From contig JBAZNB010000003.1 of assembly GCA_041649435.1 (NCBI GenBank), positions 29,041 through 93,040 on the forward strand: a stretch of DNA of 64,000 nt, given 5' to 3'. The notes beneath the pieces were generated by a model. It was not told the DNA's origin and searched no databases. It saw only the letters and a program-made list of their open reading frames with translations. Position numbers and translations under genes: made by a program. Positions 9,240-19,088 of the stretch are shown here, piece by piece. Source of the DNA: Minisyncoccota bacterium. Its GTDB lineage: Bacteria; Patescibacteriota; Minisyncoccia; Minisyncoccales; Minisyncoccaceae. Position 1 is the stretch's first letter. Each line of letters begins with the position of its first letter.

Positions 9240-10481
9240 TCAATTGTTTTTATCAAAGACCGGAAGAGTAAAACAAAACATCGTCCCCTTTCCTTCTTCA
9301 GATTCAAACCAAATTTTTCCATTATGGGCTTCGATTATGTTTTTTGTTGTATAAAGCCCTAAGCCAGAGCCATCAGTTTCCATTTTTACAACATTGCTTC
9401 CTCGAAAAAATTTTGTAAAAATCCTGTCTTGCTGATCAAGAGGAATACCCACTCCTGTGTCTTTTATTTTAAATAAAATATAATTTTTTTCTTTTTGTAA
9501 AGAAATTGTAATCGTTCCTTTTTCTGAAGTATATTTTATTGCATTCTCTAAAAGATTTTGAATGGCCAAGCCCATTTTTTCCTCATCAACCAAAACTGAA
9601 GGCAATAATTCTCTTGGTTTTTCCAATTTAATTTTTATTTTTTTCATTGCTAAGGGGCCTTCTGAATTTTTAATAATTTTATCTGTCAAATCTTCAATTT
9701 GAGAAATTTCGGGCTTATATAAAAATCTCCCCTCTTCAATCCTGGTAACATTCAAAAGATCATTGATTAGTCCTATCATTCGCTCATTACTTTCATAAGT
9801 TTTTTCCAATAAACTTTTTTGATCTTCGCTAATGTCGCCAATATCTCCATCTAAAAGCATTCGAATTGTCCATTTTATTGCTGATAAAGGGGTTCTTAAT
9901 TGGTGGGCAGCAATAGACACAAACTCGGTTTTCATGGTTTCCACCAATTTATCCCGGGAAACATCGTGCAAAATAATTAAAACGCCTTTAGATTCATTTT
10001 CTTCTTCTAAAAAAACAGTGCTCACTTCAACAAAAATTTTTTCTCCTAATTTTACTTCTTTTTGTAAAATGTTTTTTATTTTCCCTTTTTTCCCGCTTTT
10101 TAGTGCTTGAAAAAATGGAGCTAAGCTAAATCGCGGAGAAGAAATTTTAAAAATATTTTTGTCTAAAAATTCTTTTTTATCTTTTTTAAAAAAGGCTTCG
10201 GCTAAGGGATTTATTAATTCTATTTTGTGAGAGGGGTCTAAAACCAAAATTCCGTCCGTAAGATTATTTAACATGGTTAAAGTTCTATTTTTTTCTCTAA
10301 CCGCATCTTTTCTAGCTTCTTCTGTGTCTTCTAAAATATTAAAAAGAGCTAACCGAATTTTTCTAAATTCTTCATCTTTCCATTTTTTTATTTCTTTGGC
10401 ATTTTCTTCCAAAAAATTTTTAGTTTCGCTAGTTTGACCAACTGGTTCAAAATCCATAACAATAAATTTTTTATTTAACAA
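9240..10481 (-). CDS. sensor histidine kinase (PAS-HisKA-HATPase), apparently cytoplasmic
   Basis: H-box AHQLRTPLSAI, N-box/G-box LLENAIKYT...DTGVGIP...GSGLGL. No obvious TM segment. Confidence 0.8.
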   Translation of the reverse strand: MLNKKFIVMDFEPVGQTSETKNFLEENAKEIKKWKDEEFRKIRLALFNILEDTEEARKDAVREKNRTLTMLNNLTDGILVLDPSHKIELINPLAEAFFKKDKKEFLDKNIFKISSPRFSLAPFFQALKSGKKGKIKNILQKEVKLGEKIFVEVSTVFLEEENESKGVLIILHDVSRDKLVETMKTEFVSIAAHQLRTPLSAIKWTIRMLLDGDIGDISEDQKSLLEKTYESNERMIGLINDLLNVTRIEEGRFLYKPEISQIEDLTDKIIKNSEGPLAMKKIKIKLEKPRELLPSVLVDEEKMGLAIQNLLENAIKYTSEKGTITISLQKEKNYILFKIKDTGVGIPLDQQDRIFTKFFRGSNVVKMETDGSGLGLYTTKNIIEAHNGKIWFESEEGKGTMFCFTLPVFDKNN

Positions 10482-10496
10482 AATCTTTGTTTTAAT

Positions 10497-11468
10497 TTAC
10501 CATAATTTCAAGTTTTCGGAAATATTTTGTTCTAATTTTTTTTTCTTTTTTGGTTTAATAAAAAAATCTTTTTCTCCTGGTAGTTTAGTTAGTAAGCTTT
10601 TAAAGCCAAAATCTTCTAATAACTCTCGGACTTTTTCTTTGTTAAATTCTTGCCAAGAACAGTCAGTAATATCTATTTTAATAGGCACATCTTTTTTAAT
10701 TTCTGACAACTCTCGACTTAAAAAAGCGGTTTCTTTGTTTTCTATCAATTTTTGACGAAGAGAGTCTTTAATTTCGGAATTTTCTTTTTCTGCTTCTTGA
10801 TATATATTTTCTAAATTTTTATATTTTTTCACTAATTGAATAGCTGTTTTTTCTCCGACTCCTTTTACCCCTGGAATATTATCCGAAGAATCCCCTTTTA
10901 AAGATTTTAACACGATAATATCTTCTGGCTTTAGGCCATCATATTTTTTTTGAACTTCTTGTTCGTTATAAATTATGCCTTGTTTTATTCCGCGGAATAA
11001 AAAATAAACACTAGTTTGATTGTTTATCAATTGTAAATTATCCAAATCTCCAGAAATAATTATATTTTTAATATTTTGAAATTTTGGCTTGTTTATAGCT
11101 TCGGATAATGTTCCGATCAAGTCGTCACCTTCATATCCGCTTTTTTCAAAAATCGCCACATTAAATGCTTTTAAAAATTTCTTTACTTCTGGAATTTGGG
11201 CATAAAGCTCATCTGGAGCCTTAACCCTTTTTGCTTTATAATCAGCAAAAGCTTGTTTGCGAAAAGTAGGCTCTGGTAAATCAAAACAAGCAGCAATATA
11301 TTTAGGATTAAAATCTTTTATTACTCGAAAAAACATTAATAAAAAGCCGTAAACAGCATTCACTATTTCGCCCTTTTTATTGGTCAAAGGGGGCAAAGCG
11401 TGAAAAGCACGATGAATAATAGAATTGCCATCGATAATTAAAAAATTTTCGGATTCTTTTTTTTCCAT
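10497..11468 (-). CDS. 5'-3' exonuclease (standalone Pol I N-terminal/FEN-like domain)
   Basis: 323 aa; LIIDGNSIIHRAFHALPPLTNKKGEIVNAVYGF is the hallmark start; H3TH region GDSSDNIPGVKGVGEKTA. Confidence 0.8.
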   Translation of the reverse strand: MEKKESENFLIIDGNSIIHRAFHALPPLTNKKGEIVNAVYGFLLMFFRVIKDFNPKYIAACFDLPEPTFRKQAFADYKAKRVKAPDELYAQIPEVKKFLKAFNVAIFEKSGYEGDDLIGTLSEAINKPKFQNIKNIIISGDLDNLQLINNQTSVYFLFRGIKQGIIYNEQEVQKKYDGLKPEDIIVLKSLKGDSSDNIPGVKGVGEKTAIQLVKKYKNLENIYQEAEKENSEIKDSLRQKLIENKETAFLSRELSEIKKDVPIKIDITDCSWQEFNKEKVRELLEDFGFKSLLTKLPGEKDFFIKPKKKKKLEQNISENLKLW

Positions 11469-11470
11469 TT

Positions 11471-11911
11471 TTATTGAATATTCTTAATAATTATTTCTCG
11501 CTCATCTTCATTGATTGTTTTAAAAATAATTTCTGTTCTTTTTTTGGGTAAAAATTTTTCTATTTTTTCTGGCCACTCAATGGCTACAATATTTTCTGGA
11601 TTAATAATTATATCTTTAAACCCCAAATTAATTATTTCTTCAGGATTCTCTAGGCGGTAACAATCAAAATGAAAAAAATTGTTAAACTCAGTCTTTTTTA
11701 AAGGAAATCTGGACATGATAACAAAAGTGGGGCTTTGAATTTTTTCTTTTACTCCCAAGCCCTTGCCAAACCCTTGCAAAAAAGCAGTTTTTCCTGCTCC
11801 TAAATCTCCGCGCAAACAAAAAACAAGAGCTGTTTTCTTTTTTTTTATTTTTCGAGCTTCCTTGTTTCCAATCTCTTTTGTTTCTTTAATATTACTAGTA
11901 AGATATTTCAT
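11471..11911 (-). CDS. tsaE: tRNA t6A37 biosynthesis ATPase TsaE (YjeE)
   Basis: 146 aa; P-loop LRGDLGAGKTAF followed by SPTF motif. Confidence 0.8.
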   Translation of the reverse strand: MKYLTSNIKETKEIGNKEARKIKKKKTALVFCLRGDLGAGKTAFLQGFGKGLGVKEKIQSPTFVIMSRFPLKKTEFNNFFHFDCYRLENPEEIINLGFKDIIINPENIVAIEWPEKIEKFLPKKRTEIIFKTINEDEREIIIKNIQ

Positions 11912-11955
11912 TTTTAACTTGGTTAATTATACCTGAAATCAAGAAAAAAATAAAA

Positions 11956-13086
11956 TTGACTTTTAGGTTGAAATCAAGTAGTTTGAAGAAAAATATGGAA
12001 GATGTTGAAAAAATCAAAAATACGCTTCAAGGCGCTAAAAACATAGGGCTTTTTGTGGCTGATGATCCCAGCAATGATACAATCGGAACTTTTTTAGCTT
12101 TATTTTTTTCTTTAAAAAATATCGGGAAAAAGCCTTTTTTGATAAATCAAACCCCTTTAAAAAAAATTAATTTCTTTCTTCAAAAAACAACAAAAGAAAA
12201 AATAGTTTTTTCTTTTTTGGGAGATCCTTTAGAAATTACTTACGAAAAAGCGCCAGGACGAACAAATATTTATTTAACGCCCAAAAATAATCCTGTTTCT
12301 TTAGAAAACTTTTCTTGTCAAAAAATTCAAGAAAAAGAAGATCCTTTGGCAAGTGAAAATATTGATTTCGATTTATTGATAACCATTGGCGTGCCAAATT
12401 ACTCCCAAATTGAAAAAAACTTTACCGGAAATCCAGATGCGCTTTATCAATGCGATATTATTAATATTGATAATAATCTGGCTAATCAAAATTATGGGGA
12501 TATAAATATTGTTGAAGATAATTTTTGCTTGTCACAAACAATGGCTTGTTTGATTTATCAATTGGGCCCTGATTTTTTAAACAAAAAAGTTGGAGATTCT
12601 CTTGTCTTTGGATTAGCTAATTCTCCAAAAAACTCGCGCAGTAAAAAAAACATAATAACCTATTCCTGGCTTTTAAAAAATAAAGCTGAGTTCGGATTAG
12701 CAACAAGCAGTAAAAATTCTGAATTATCTGAAAAAATAAAGCTTTTGGGTAAAACAATTGAAAATCTTGATAAAAATGCTTTACAAGAACATTCTTTTTA
12801 TTTCTCCTTTTTAAACGAAAAAGATTTTTCAAAAGCTAATGTTAAGGATTTAATTTTTGTGGTTGATAAAATAAAAAATTTTTTCCATCTTCCCTCTTTT
12901 GTTTTAATTTGGGAAAATAAAGAACAAAAAAATATAAAGGGATTATTTTTCAGCAACGACTATCTTTTAATTGATAAATTTAAAAAAAACTTTATTGGCG
13001 CCTTTAAAGAAACTGGCGGTTTGTTTGATTTAAACACCACTGACTTAAACCAAGCTAAAAAATACATCTTAAAATTACTTCCTTAA
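11956..13086 (+). CDS. hypothetical protein (weak DHH-phosphoesterase-like N-terminus)
   Basis: 376 aa; GLFVADDPSNDTIGTFLAL resembles a degenerate DHH motif I. No further catalytic motifs seen. Confidence 0.35.
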   Translation: MTFRLKSSSLKKNMEDVEKIKNTLQGAKNIGLFVADDPSNDTIGTFLALFFSLKNIGKKPFLINQTPLKKINFFLQKTTKEKIVFSFLGDPLEITYEKAPGRTNIYLTPKNNPVSLENFSCQKIQEKEDPLASENIDFDLLITIGVPNYSQIEKNFTGNPDALYQCDIINIDNNLANQNYGDINIVEDNFCLSQTMACLIYQLGPDFLNKKVGDSLVFGLANSPKNSRSKKNIITYSWLLKNKAEFGLATSSKNSELSEKIKLLGKTIENLDKNALQEHSFYFSFLNEKDFSKANVKDLIFVVDKIKNFFHLPSFVLIWENKEQKNIKGLFFSNDYLLIDKFKKNFIGAFKETGGLFDLNTTDLNQAKKYILKLLP

Positions 13087-13113
13087 AACAAAATTTTAAT
13101 TTATACTAAAAGC

Positions 13114-14421
13114 ATGGAACAAATTACTGGAAAAATAGAAATAGAAAATTCTTTTTTGGAAAAAAATGCCAAAAGTTTTAAAAATTCTCCCAGTTTAAAA
13201 ACAGCAATTGAAAGCGCTCTTAAAGAAGATCTTTCTTTGCTGATTAAAACAATAATGGCTGGGGCTATTCTTCTTAAAGTTTCTGATCTTCACATTGAAA
13301 CAACCGAACAAGGAAGTTCTTTTCGTTTGCGAGTTGACGGCTTGCTTGATCAAGTTTGCACTTTTACCAAGGCCCAGCACCAAGCTTTAGTTTCGAGAAT
13401 AAAATTATTAGCTGGATTAAAATTAAATGTAGAAAAAAAACCGCAAGACGGACGGTTTACTGTTTTAATGGAAGATGGTGAAAATAACTTGCAAAACATT
13501 GAAATCAGAGTTTCCACCCTGCCGGCCGAATATGGAGAAACAGTAGTGATGAGGGTTTTAAATCCAAAAAGTTTAATTAGTTTGGAAGATTTGGGATTAA
13601 GAAAAGATTTATATGAAATTTTTGATAAACAGTCTCAAAAGCCTAACGGAATGATTATTGTAACTGGTCCGACTGGATCTGGAAAAACAACAACTCTTTA
13701 TGCTTTTTTAAAAAAAATCCGCAATCCAGAAATAAAAGTAATTACAATTGAAGACCCGATTGAATATCATTTAGAAGGAATTTCTCAAACTCAGGTTGAC
13801 CCTAGTAGAGGATATGATTTTGCTTCTGGGCTAAGATCAATTGTTCGACAAGACCCGGATGCTATTTTAGTTGGAGAAATTAGAGATTTAGAAACTGCTA
13901 GTATTGCTCTTCAAGCAGCTTTAACCGGGCATTTGGTTTTATCTACTTTGCACACGAATGATTCCACTGGAACAATTGCCCGTCTTCAATCTTTAGGAGA
14001 ACAGCCAACAAATATTGCTCCAGCAATAAATATGATTGTTGCCCAAAGATTGGTTCGAAAACTTTGCCCAGAATGTTCGGAAACAAGAAAAATTTCAGCC
14101 GAAGAATACGAAAAAATAAAACAAGAATTAAAAGATTTACCCCTAGGAATTGAAATACCGGAAATAACTACTGATACAAAAATTGGCCAACCAAAAGGAT
14201 GCGAACATTGTAATTTTACAGGATATAAAGGAAGAATTGGAATTTTTGAAGCCTTTTTGGTTGACGATGAAATGGAAGAATTTATCCTTACCTCCCCCTC
14301 TTCTTCAGCCTTACAAAAAATGGCTATTAAAAAAGGATTGGTTTTGATGAAACAAGATGGATTTATAAAAGTATTGCAAAGAATAACTACAATTGAAGAA
14401 GTTATTAAAGCCGCTGGATAA
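13114..14421 (+). CDS. pilB: type II/IV secretion ATPase (PilB/GspE family, short form)
   Basis: Walker A GPTGSGKTT, Asp box, His box, and tetracysteine CPEC...CEHC zinc motif. Confidence 0.85.
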   Translation: MEQITGKIEIENSFLEKNAKSFKNSPSLKTAIESALKEDLSLLIKTIMAGAILLKVSDLHIETTEQGSSFRLRVDGLLDQVCTFTKAQHQALVSRIKLLAGLKLNVEKKPQDGRFTVLMEDGENNLQNIEIRVSTLPAEYGETVVMRVLNPKSLISLEDLGLRKDLYEIFDKQSQKPNGMIIVTGPTGSGKTTTLYAFLKKIRNPEIKVITIEDPIEYHLEGISQTQVDPSRGYDFASGLRSIVRQDPDAILVGEIRDLETASIALQAALTGHLVLSTLHTNDSTGTIARLQSLGEQPTNIAPAINMIVAQRLVRKLCPECSETRKISAEEYEKIKQELKDLPLGIEIPEITTDTKIGQPKGCEHCNFTGYKGRIGIFEAFLVDDEMEEFILTSPSSSALQKMAIKKGLVLMKQDGFIKVLQRITTIEEVIKAAG

Positions 14422-14612
14422 ACAAAAATCGGCAATAAAGCCGAGATTCAAAATGATTGCTGAACTGGGGGTCCAACTTTAGCATTCGGGCTGAAAGCGT
14501 AAGAGATATCCCGAGGAATATTCCAGCCGAAGCCGAAATATCCATATTCTGGAGAAAGCTCCTTCCCCCAGTACAAGAATCATTTTGTTTCTCAAAGATA
14601 ACACACTTTAAA

Positions 14613-15629
14613 ATGTTTGTCAATAGCAAACCAGTTGAATCAGAAAATGTTGAAGAATCTTTAGATTCTGCTTTGCGGCCGAAAAAATGGGATAATTATA
14701 TCGGCCAAGAAAGAATAAAAAAGAATTTAAAGATAATGATTGAAGCTGCTAAAAAAAGAAATGAATCTCCGGATCATTTACTTTTTTATGGTCCAGCTGG
14801 ATTAGGAAAAACAACTCTTGCCTATCTTGTAGCTGAAGAATTTGGGAGTAAAATAAAAGTAACCTCTGGTCCAATAATTGAAAAATCAGGAGACTTGGTT
14901 GCTCTTCTTACGAATTTAAACGAAGGTGATTTTCTTTTTATTGACGAATGTCACCGATTAAGCCGATATGTTGAAGAATATCTATATTCCGCAATGGAAG
15001 ATTTTAAACTATGCCTTATGCTTGGAAAGGGGCCGATGGCAAAAACGATCAATATCGACCTTCCCCGCTTTACTTTAGTAGGGGCTACTACTCGTATTGA
15101 TTTAATGACTGCTCCTTTGCGAAGTCGTTTTGGAGCGATAATGCAATTAAATTTTTACAACCAGGAAGAAATGGAAAAAATAATCAAACGCTCGGCAAAA
15201 ATATTAAATATCCCTATTGATCAAAAGGCTGTTATTCAAATCGCTGAAAGATCGCGTTTTACTCCTCGAATCGCCAACAAACTTTTAAAAAGAATTCGAG
15301 ACTTTGCAGAAATAGAAGGCACGGGGAAAATTACTGAACAAATTTCAGAAAAAGCTTTATCTTTTTTAGAAATTGATAATTTGGGATTAGAACCAAGCGA
15401 TAAAAAGCTGGTAGAAATGATAATTACAAAATTTGAAGGCGGACCGGTCGGACTACAAGCTTTGTCGGCTGCTACTTCAGAAGAAAAAAATGCTATTTTA
15501 GAAATATACGAACCCTATCTTACCCAATTGGGTTTGATTCGAAGAACCCAAAAAGGAAGAATTGCCACTCCCCTAGCCTATAAGCATTTAAAAATAAAAT
15601 GTCCGGAAAAACAAAAACGCTTGCTTTGA
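14613..15629 (+). CDS. ruvB: Holliday junction branch migration ATPase RuvB
   Basis: YGPAGLGKTTLA Walker A, sensor motifs, winged-helix C-terminus. Start taken at MFVNSKP (ATG 14613) rather than the ORF-track 14457. Confidence 0.9.
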   Translation: MFVNSKPVESENVEESLDSALRPKKWDNYIGQERIKKNLKIMIEAAKKRNESPDHLLFYGPAGLGKTTLAYLVAEEFGSKIKVTSGPIIEKSGDLVALLTNLNEGDFLFIDECHRLSRYVEEYLYSAMEDFKLCLMLGKGPMAKTINIDLPRFTLVGATTRIDLMTAPLRSRFGAIMQLNFYNQEEMEKIIKRSAKILNIPIDQKAVIQIAERSRFTPRIANKLLKRIRDFAEIEGTGKITEQISEKALSFLEIDNLGLEPSDKKLVEMIITKFEGGPVGLQALSAATSEEKNAILEIYEPYLTQLGLIRRTQKGRIATPLAYKHLKIKCPEKQKRLL

Positions 15630-16279
15630 TTTTTCTCTTTCTCTTTCTTTTTTTGTCTCCTGCTTTTGCAGGTTCTTTAATTTACTTGAATGAAATAGCC
15701 TGGATGGGAGACAAAAATAAAACCAGCAATGAATGGATTGAATTATATAACAACAAAAACGAATCTGTTGTGCTGGATAACTGGATTTTAAAAATTGACG
15801 ATACCGAAATAAAACTAAAAGGAACAATCCCTGGTTTAGGGTTTTATTTGATTTCCCGAGACAAAACTCAACCTGCTAATTTGTTTTTTAATAAAGCTTT
15901 AAAAAATACTGGCAATTATTTGAAATTAATTGATGACAATAAAAATATTATTGACGAAGCAAATTGGACAAAGGGATGGCCAGCCGGAGATAATCAAACC
16001 AAGCAAACAATGGAAAGAAAAAATGATTATTCTTCTGGTAATAATAAAACAAGCTGGCAAACCAGCGAGCAAACGCTTGGCACGCCAAATCAAAAAAATA
16101 GCTTAGGAATAATTATTAAACCATTAGAATCAGAATTCAAAAATTTTGACTCCCCTTCTCTCTCTAAATTTTCTAAAGAAGCAAATAATAATGTTTCTCA
16201 AAAAACTTTATTTTTAGCCGGATTGATTCCTTTTTTTTCCGGCATAGTAATTTTAATTCTTAAAAAATCTTTAAATTGA
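15599..16279 (+). CDS. secreted lamin-tail-domain (LTD) protein with C-terminal TM anchor
   Basis: Signal peptide, then LNEIAW...NEWIELYN...LDNWIL, the characteristic LTD pattern; C-terminal hydrophobic helix. Confidence 0.6.
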   Translation: MSGKTKTLALIFLFLFLFLSPAFAGSLIYLNEIAWMGDKNKTSNEWIELYNNKNESVVLDNWILKIDDTEIKLKGTIPGLGFYLISRDKTQPANLFFNKALKNTGNYLKLIDDNKNIIDEANWTKGWPAGDNQTKQTMERKNDYSSGNNKTSWQTSEQTLGTPNQKNSLGIIIKPLESEFKNFDSPSLSKFSKEANNNVSQKTLFLAGLIPFFSGIVILILKKSLN

Positions 16280-17668
16280 TTGTTCTGATCCGATTGAAGG
16301 AGAGGGCTCAGTAAAAATATATTTTCTTACTAAAACATTATCAAATCTTTGAGTAGCATAAATTGTTTGATCTGCTCCTCTTAAAAAATATAAATATTTA
16401 TTATAAGTAGAAGATTGACGATGGGTTGCATTAGTTACTAACTGAGTATTATCAGAAAAAATATTAACCGCGTTTTCGTTAATTCCTAATGTAAAAATAT
16501 GATTTCCCGGAAAATTAGAACCATAATAAAGCCTTTGGTCGTCACATGCTTCGGTGCCCCCGTTAGAAATCCTATCCGCAATACATATACTTGGAGGATT
16601 TGAGGGATAGGTAACCAAACTTTGGGTAATCATGATTGATGAAGGAACAGATGGGTAATTCGCGGGATCATAAGGCGGAGTTGAGGTGTCGCTTAAAAAG
16701 AATCCTCCTTTCCACCAACTACCCTCTCCTGAGCTTTCATATTGTTTAGCATAATACTGAATTGCATATCCATCTCTAATATCAAAAGTGCTGGCACTTC
16801 GGACATAACAAACTGTTCTACAGCTGGTGTAACAAGACGATCTGGCGGTAACAACAAGCTCTCCTCCAGATACAGAAACCGACCCTCCGCTATTACTTCC
16901 AATACAAGTAGCAATCCATTTGCTTGGGTCAATTGTTCCAGAATTAAAATCATCAAAAAATACAAAGGTATTATCTCCATTGGAAGCAGAAGATGCCTCG
17001 CTGTTGTTATAATACATATAAAAAGAGGAAAGCCCTGTTGGAATATTTGGAACCCTTACCCAAACTTTAGCCGAAGACGAATCGGTTTTTGATTCTAGCC
17101 AATAATTTAAAACAACATTATCTGTTGTTGCAAACCTTAAATCATCAAAATCTGGCTGCATATCAGAATCATAATCAATTTCTAATTTAATTTGATAATC
17201 ACTTAAGCTTGATTCTGAATTAGAGATTGCAATTAATTTACGTTTATGCCATCCAACAAAAGGAGTGCTAGGCATTTCCGCCCATCCTTGCTCCGGAGCA
17301 TAAGAATAAGTGTTGTCAGAAGACAAGGTTGTTTGAATCGTAAAAGTTGAGCCATCAGAAACATAAGTATAATCTGCATCAAGAGGAATATCCGGCATCT
17401 CTTGTAAATAAACCGGAACTAAAGCTTCTTCTAAAGAAAGACAATTATTCCCAATATTACATTCCGATTCTTCAACTGGATAATTATTATTTGCAGCTTG
17501 ATAAATAAGTAAGGCTCTTTGAATCATGGCTAGGTCTGATTTTTTCTTTGCGTCTTGAGCTGCGGCCACTCCTTGACTTAAAAAAACAATAACTATTCCT
17601 GAAAGAATGCCAATAATCACGATAACCATTAAAAGCTCGATTAAAGTAAAGGCTTTTTGTTTTTTCAT
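16271..17668 (-). CDS. giant type IV pilin-like protein (prepilin N-terminus plus ~430 aa extracellular domain)
   Basis: N-terminus MKKQKAFTLIELLMVIVIIGIL is the class III signal/methylation motif (A at -1, E at +5). Long Ser/Thr/Cys-rich C-terminal domain. Confidence 0.6.
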   Translation of the reverse strand: MKKQKAFTLIELLMVIVIIGILSGIVIVFLSQGVAAAQDAKKKSDLAMIQRALLIYQAANNNYPVEESECNIGNNCLSLEEALVPVYLQEMPDIPLDADYTYVSDGSTFTIQTTLSSDNTYSYAPEQGWAEMPSTPFVGWHKRKLIAISNSESSLSDYQIKLEIDYDSDMQPDFDDLRFATTDNVVLNYWLESKTDSSSAKVWVRVPNIPTGLSSFYMYYNNSEASSASNGDNTFVFFDDFNSGTIDPSKWIATCIGSNSGGSVSVSGGELVVTARSSCYTSCRTVCYVRSASTFDIRDGYAIQYYAKQYESSGEGSWWKGGFFLSDTSTPPYDPANYPSVPSSIMITQSLVTYPSNPPSICIADRISNGGTEACDDQRLYYGSNFPGNHIFTLGINENAVNIFSDNTQLVTNATHRQSSTYNKYLYFLRGADQTIYATQRFDNVLVRKYIFTEPSPSIGSEQSI

Positions 17669-17827
17669 GAATTAATAATTTAATGATAAAATACTTTTTA
17701 ATATTATATCATTATCAAAAAATGTTGCAAGATATTAAAAAACAAAATCAGTTGAATTTTTAATATTTTTAAGCTATGGTAAAAACAATAAAAAAAATAA
17801 TATTAAAATTGGTTTTTAAATAAAAAT

Positions 17828-18547
17828 ATGAGCGGACATTCCCATTGGAGTACAATTAAATTTAAAAAAGGAACTGAAGACGCGAAAAGAAGCAAAATTT
17901 TTTCAAAACTTTCAAAAGAAATATCAATTGCTGCCCGAGGAGGAGGATCTGATATGACTTTTAATCCCAAATTAAGATCTGTAGTTGATAAAGCTAAAGA
18001 GGCAAATATGCCAGCTGATAGTATTGAAAAAGCAATTAAAAAGGGCGCAGGAGAGCTGGAGGGTTTTACACTGGAAGAATTTTCCATGGAAGCTTATGGT
18101 CCAAATGGAGTGGCAATTATTATTGAAGGAATTACAGATAATAAAAATCGTTCTTTAGGAGAAATCAGATTAATTCTTAATCGTTTAGGTGGGAAAATAG
18201 TAGAAGGAGGCGGAATTAAATGGATGTTTGAAAAAAAAGGAGTAATTATTGTTGACGCTGAGAATATAAAAAAAAATAAAGACGAATTAGAGCTTTCTAT
18301 AATTGATTTTGGGGCGGAAGATTTGGCTTGGCAAGAAGAAGGACTGGTTGTTTATACTAAACCAGAAGATTTAGATAAAGTAAAAAAATATTTTGAAGAA
18401 AATAAAATAAAAACTGCTTCTTGTGGCCTAGAATGGCTGGCGAAAGAAACAATCTCTGTTGATGAAGAAATAAAAGAAAAATGCCATAAGCTTTATGAGG
18501 CAATTGATGATCATGATGATGTCCAAAATATTTATTGGAATATCTAA
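17828..18547 (+). CDS. yebC: YebC/PmpR family transcriptional regulator
   Basis: MSGHSHWSTIKFKKG...KLSKEI is the canonical YebC start. Confidence 0.85.
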   Translation: MSGHSHWSTIKFKKGTEDAKRSKIFSKLSKEISIAARGGGSDMTFNPKLRSVVDKAKEANMPADSIEKAIKKGAGELEGFTLEEFSMEAYGPNGVAIIIEGITDNKNRSLGEIRLILNRLGGKIVEGGGIKWMFEKKGVIIVDAENIKKNKDELELSIIDFGAEDLAWQEEGLVVYTKPEDLDKVKKYFEENKIKTASCGLEWLAKETISVDEEIKEKCHKLYEAIDDHDDVQNIYWNI

Positions 18548-18550
18548 TTT

Positions 18551-19060
18551 ATGATAATTTTAGGCATTGATCCTGGAACTGCCACAACAGGAGTCGGACT
18601 AATTGAATACAAAAAAACAAGCCAAAAACAATTAAATTGTTTGCATTATGGTACAATTATTACGCCTTCAAAAATGCCTTTATCGGAAAGATTAAAAATA
18701 TTATATCAAGATTTGAGTGAATTAATTGAAAAATATAAACCAGAAGCTATTGCCATTGAAAGTTTGTTTTTCTTTAAAAATGCCAAAACCGTAATGGCGG
18801 TTAGCCAAGCTCGAGGAGTGGCTTTACTGCTTATTGCTCAAAAAAAAATACCATTTTTTGAATTTACTCCCCTTCAGGCAAAAATCGCAATAACCGGTTA
18901 TGGCCGAGCGGAAAAAATTCAAGTTCAAAAAATGCTTCAGCATATTTTAGAATTAAAAAAACCTCCTAAGCCAGACGATGCGGCCGATGCCCTGGCTTTA
19001 GCTATTTGTTGTGCTTATGCTTCTGAATTTGATAATCTTAAAAAAAATTCTAAAAAATAA
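18551..19060 (+). CDS. ruvC: crossover junction endodeoxyribonuclease RuvC
   Basis: MIILGIDPGTATTG catalytic Asp; RNase H-like fold length; DDAADALALA near C-terminus. Confidence 0.85.
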   Translation: MIILGIDPGTATTGVGLIEYKKTSQKQLNCLHYGTIITPSKMPLSERLKILYQDLSELIEKYKPEAIAIESLFFFKNAKTVMAVSQARGVALLLIAQKKIPFFEFTPLQAKIAITGYGRAEKIQVQKMLQHILELKKPPKPDDAADALALAICCAYASEFDNLKKNSKK

Positions 19061-19088
19061 AAACCGCTCAGAAGAGCGGTCTTTTTTA
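19060..19088. terminator. bidirectional rho-independent terminator (ruvC / tyrS)
   Basis: accgctc-agaa-gagcggt hairpin followed by a T-run. Confidence 0.6.

Noticed and set aside
14405-14629. 74-aa minus-strand ORF in the ruvB leader
   Set aside because: It overlaps a structured, GC-enriched spacer and has no conserved features. It is more likely non-coding (see finding on 14422-14612).
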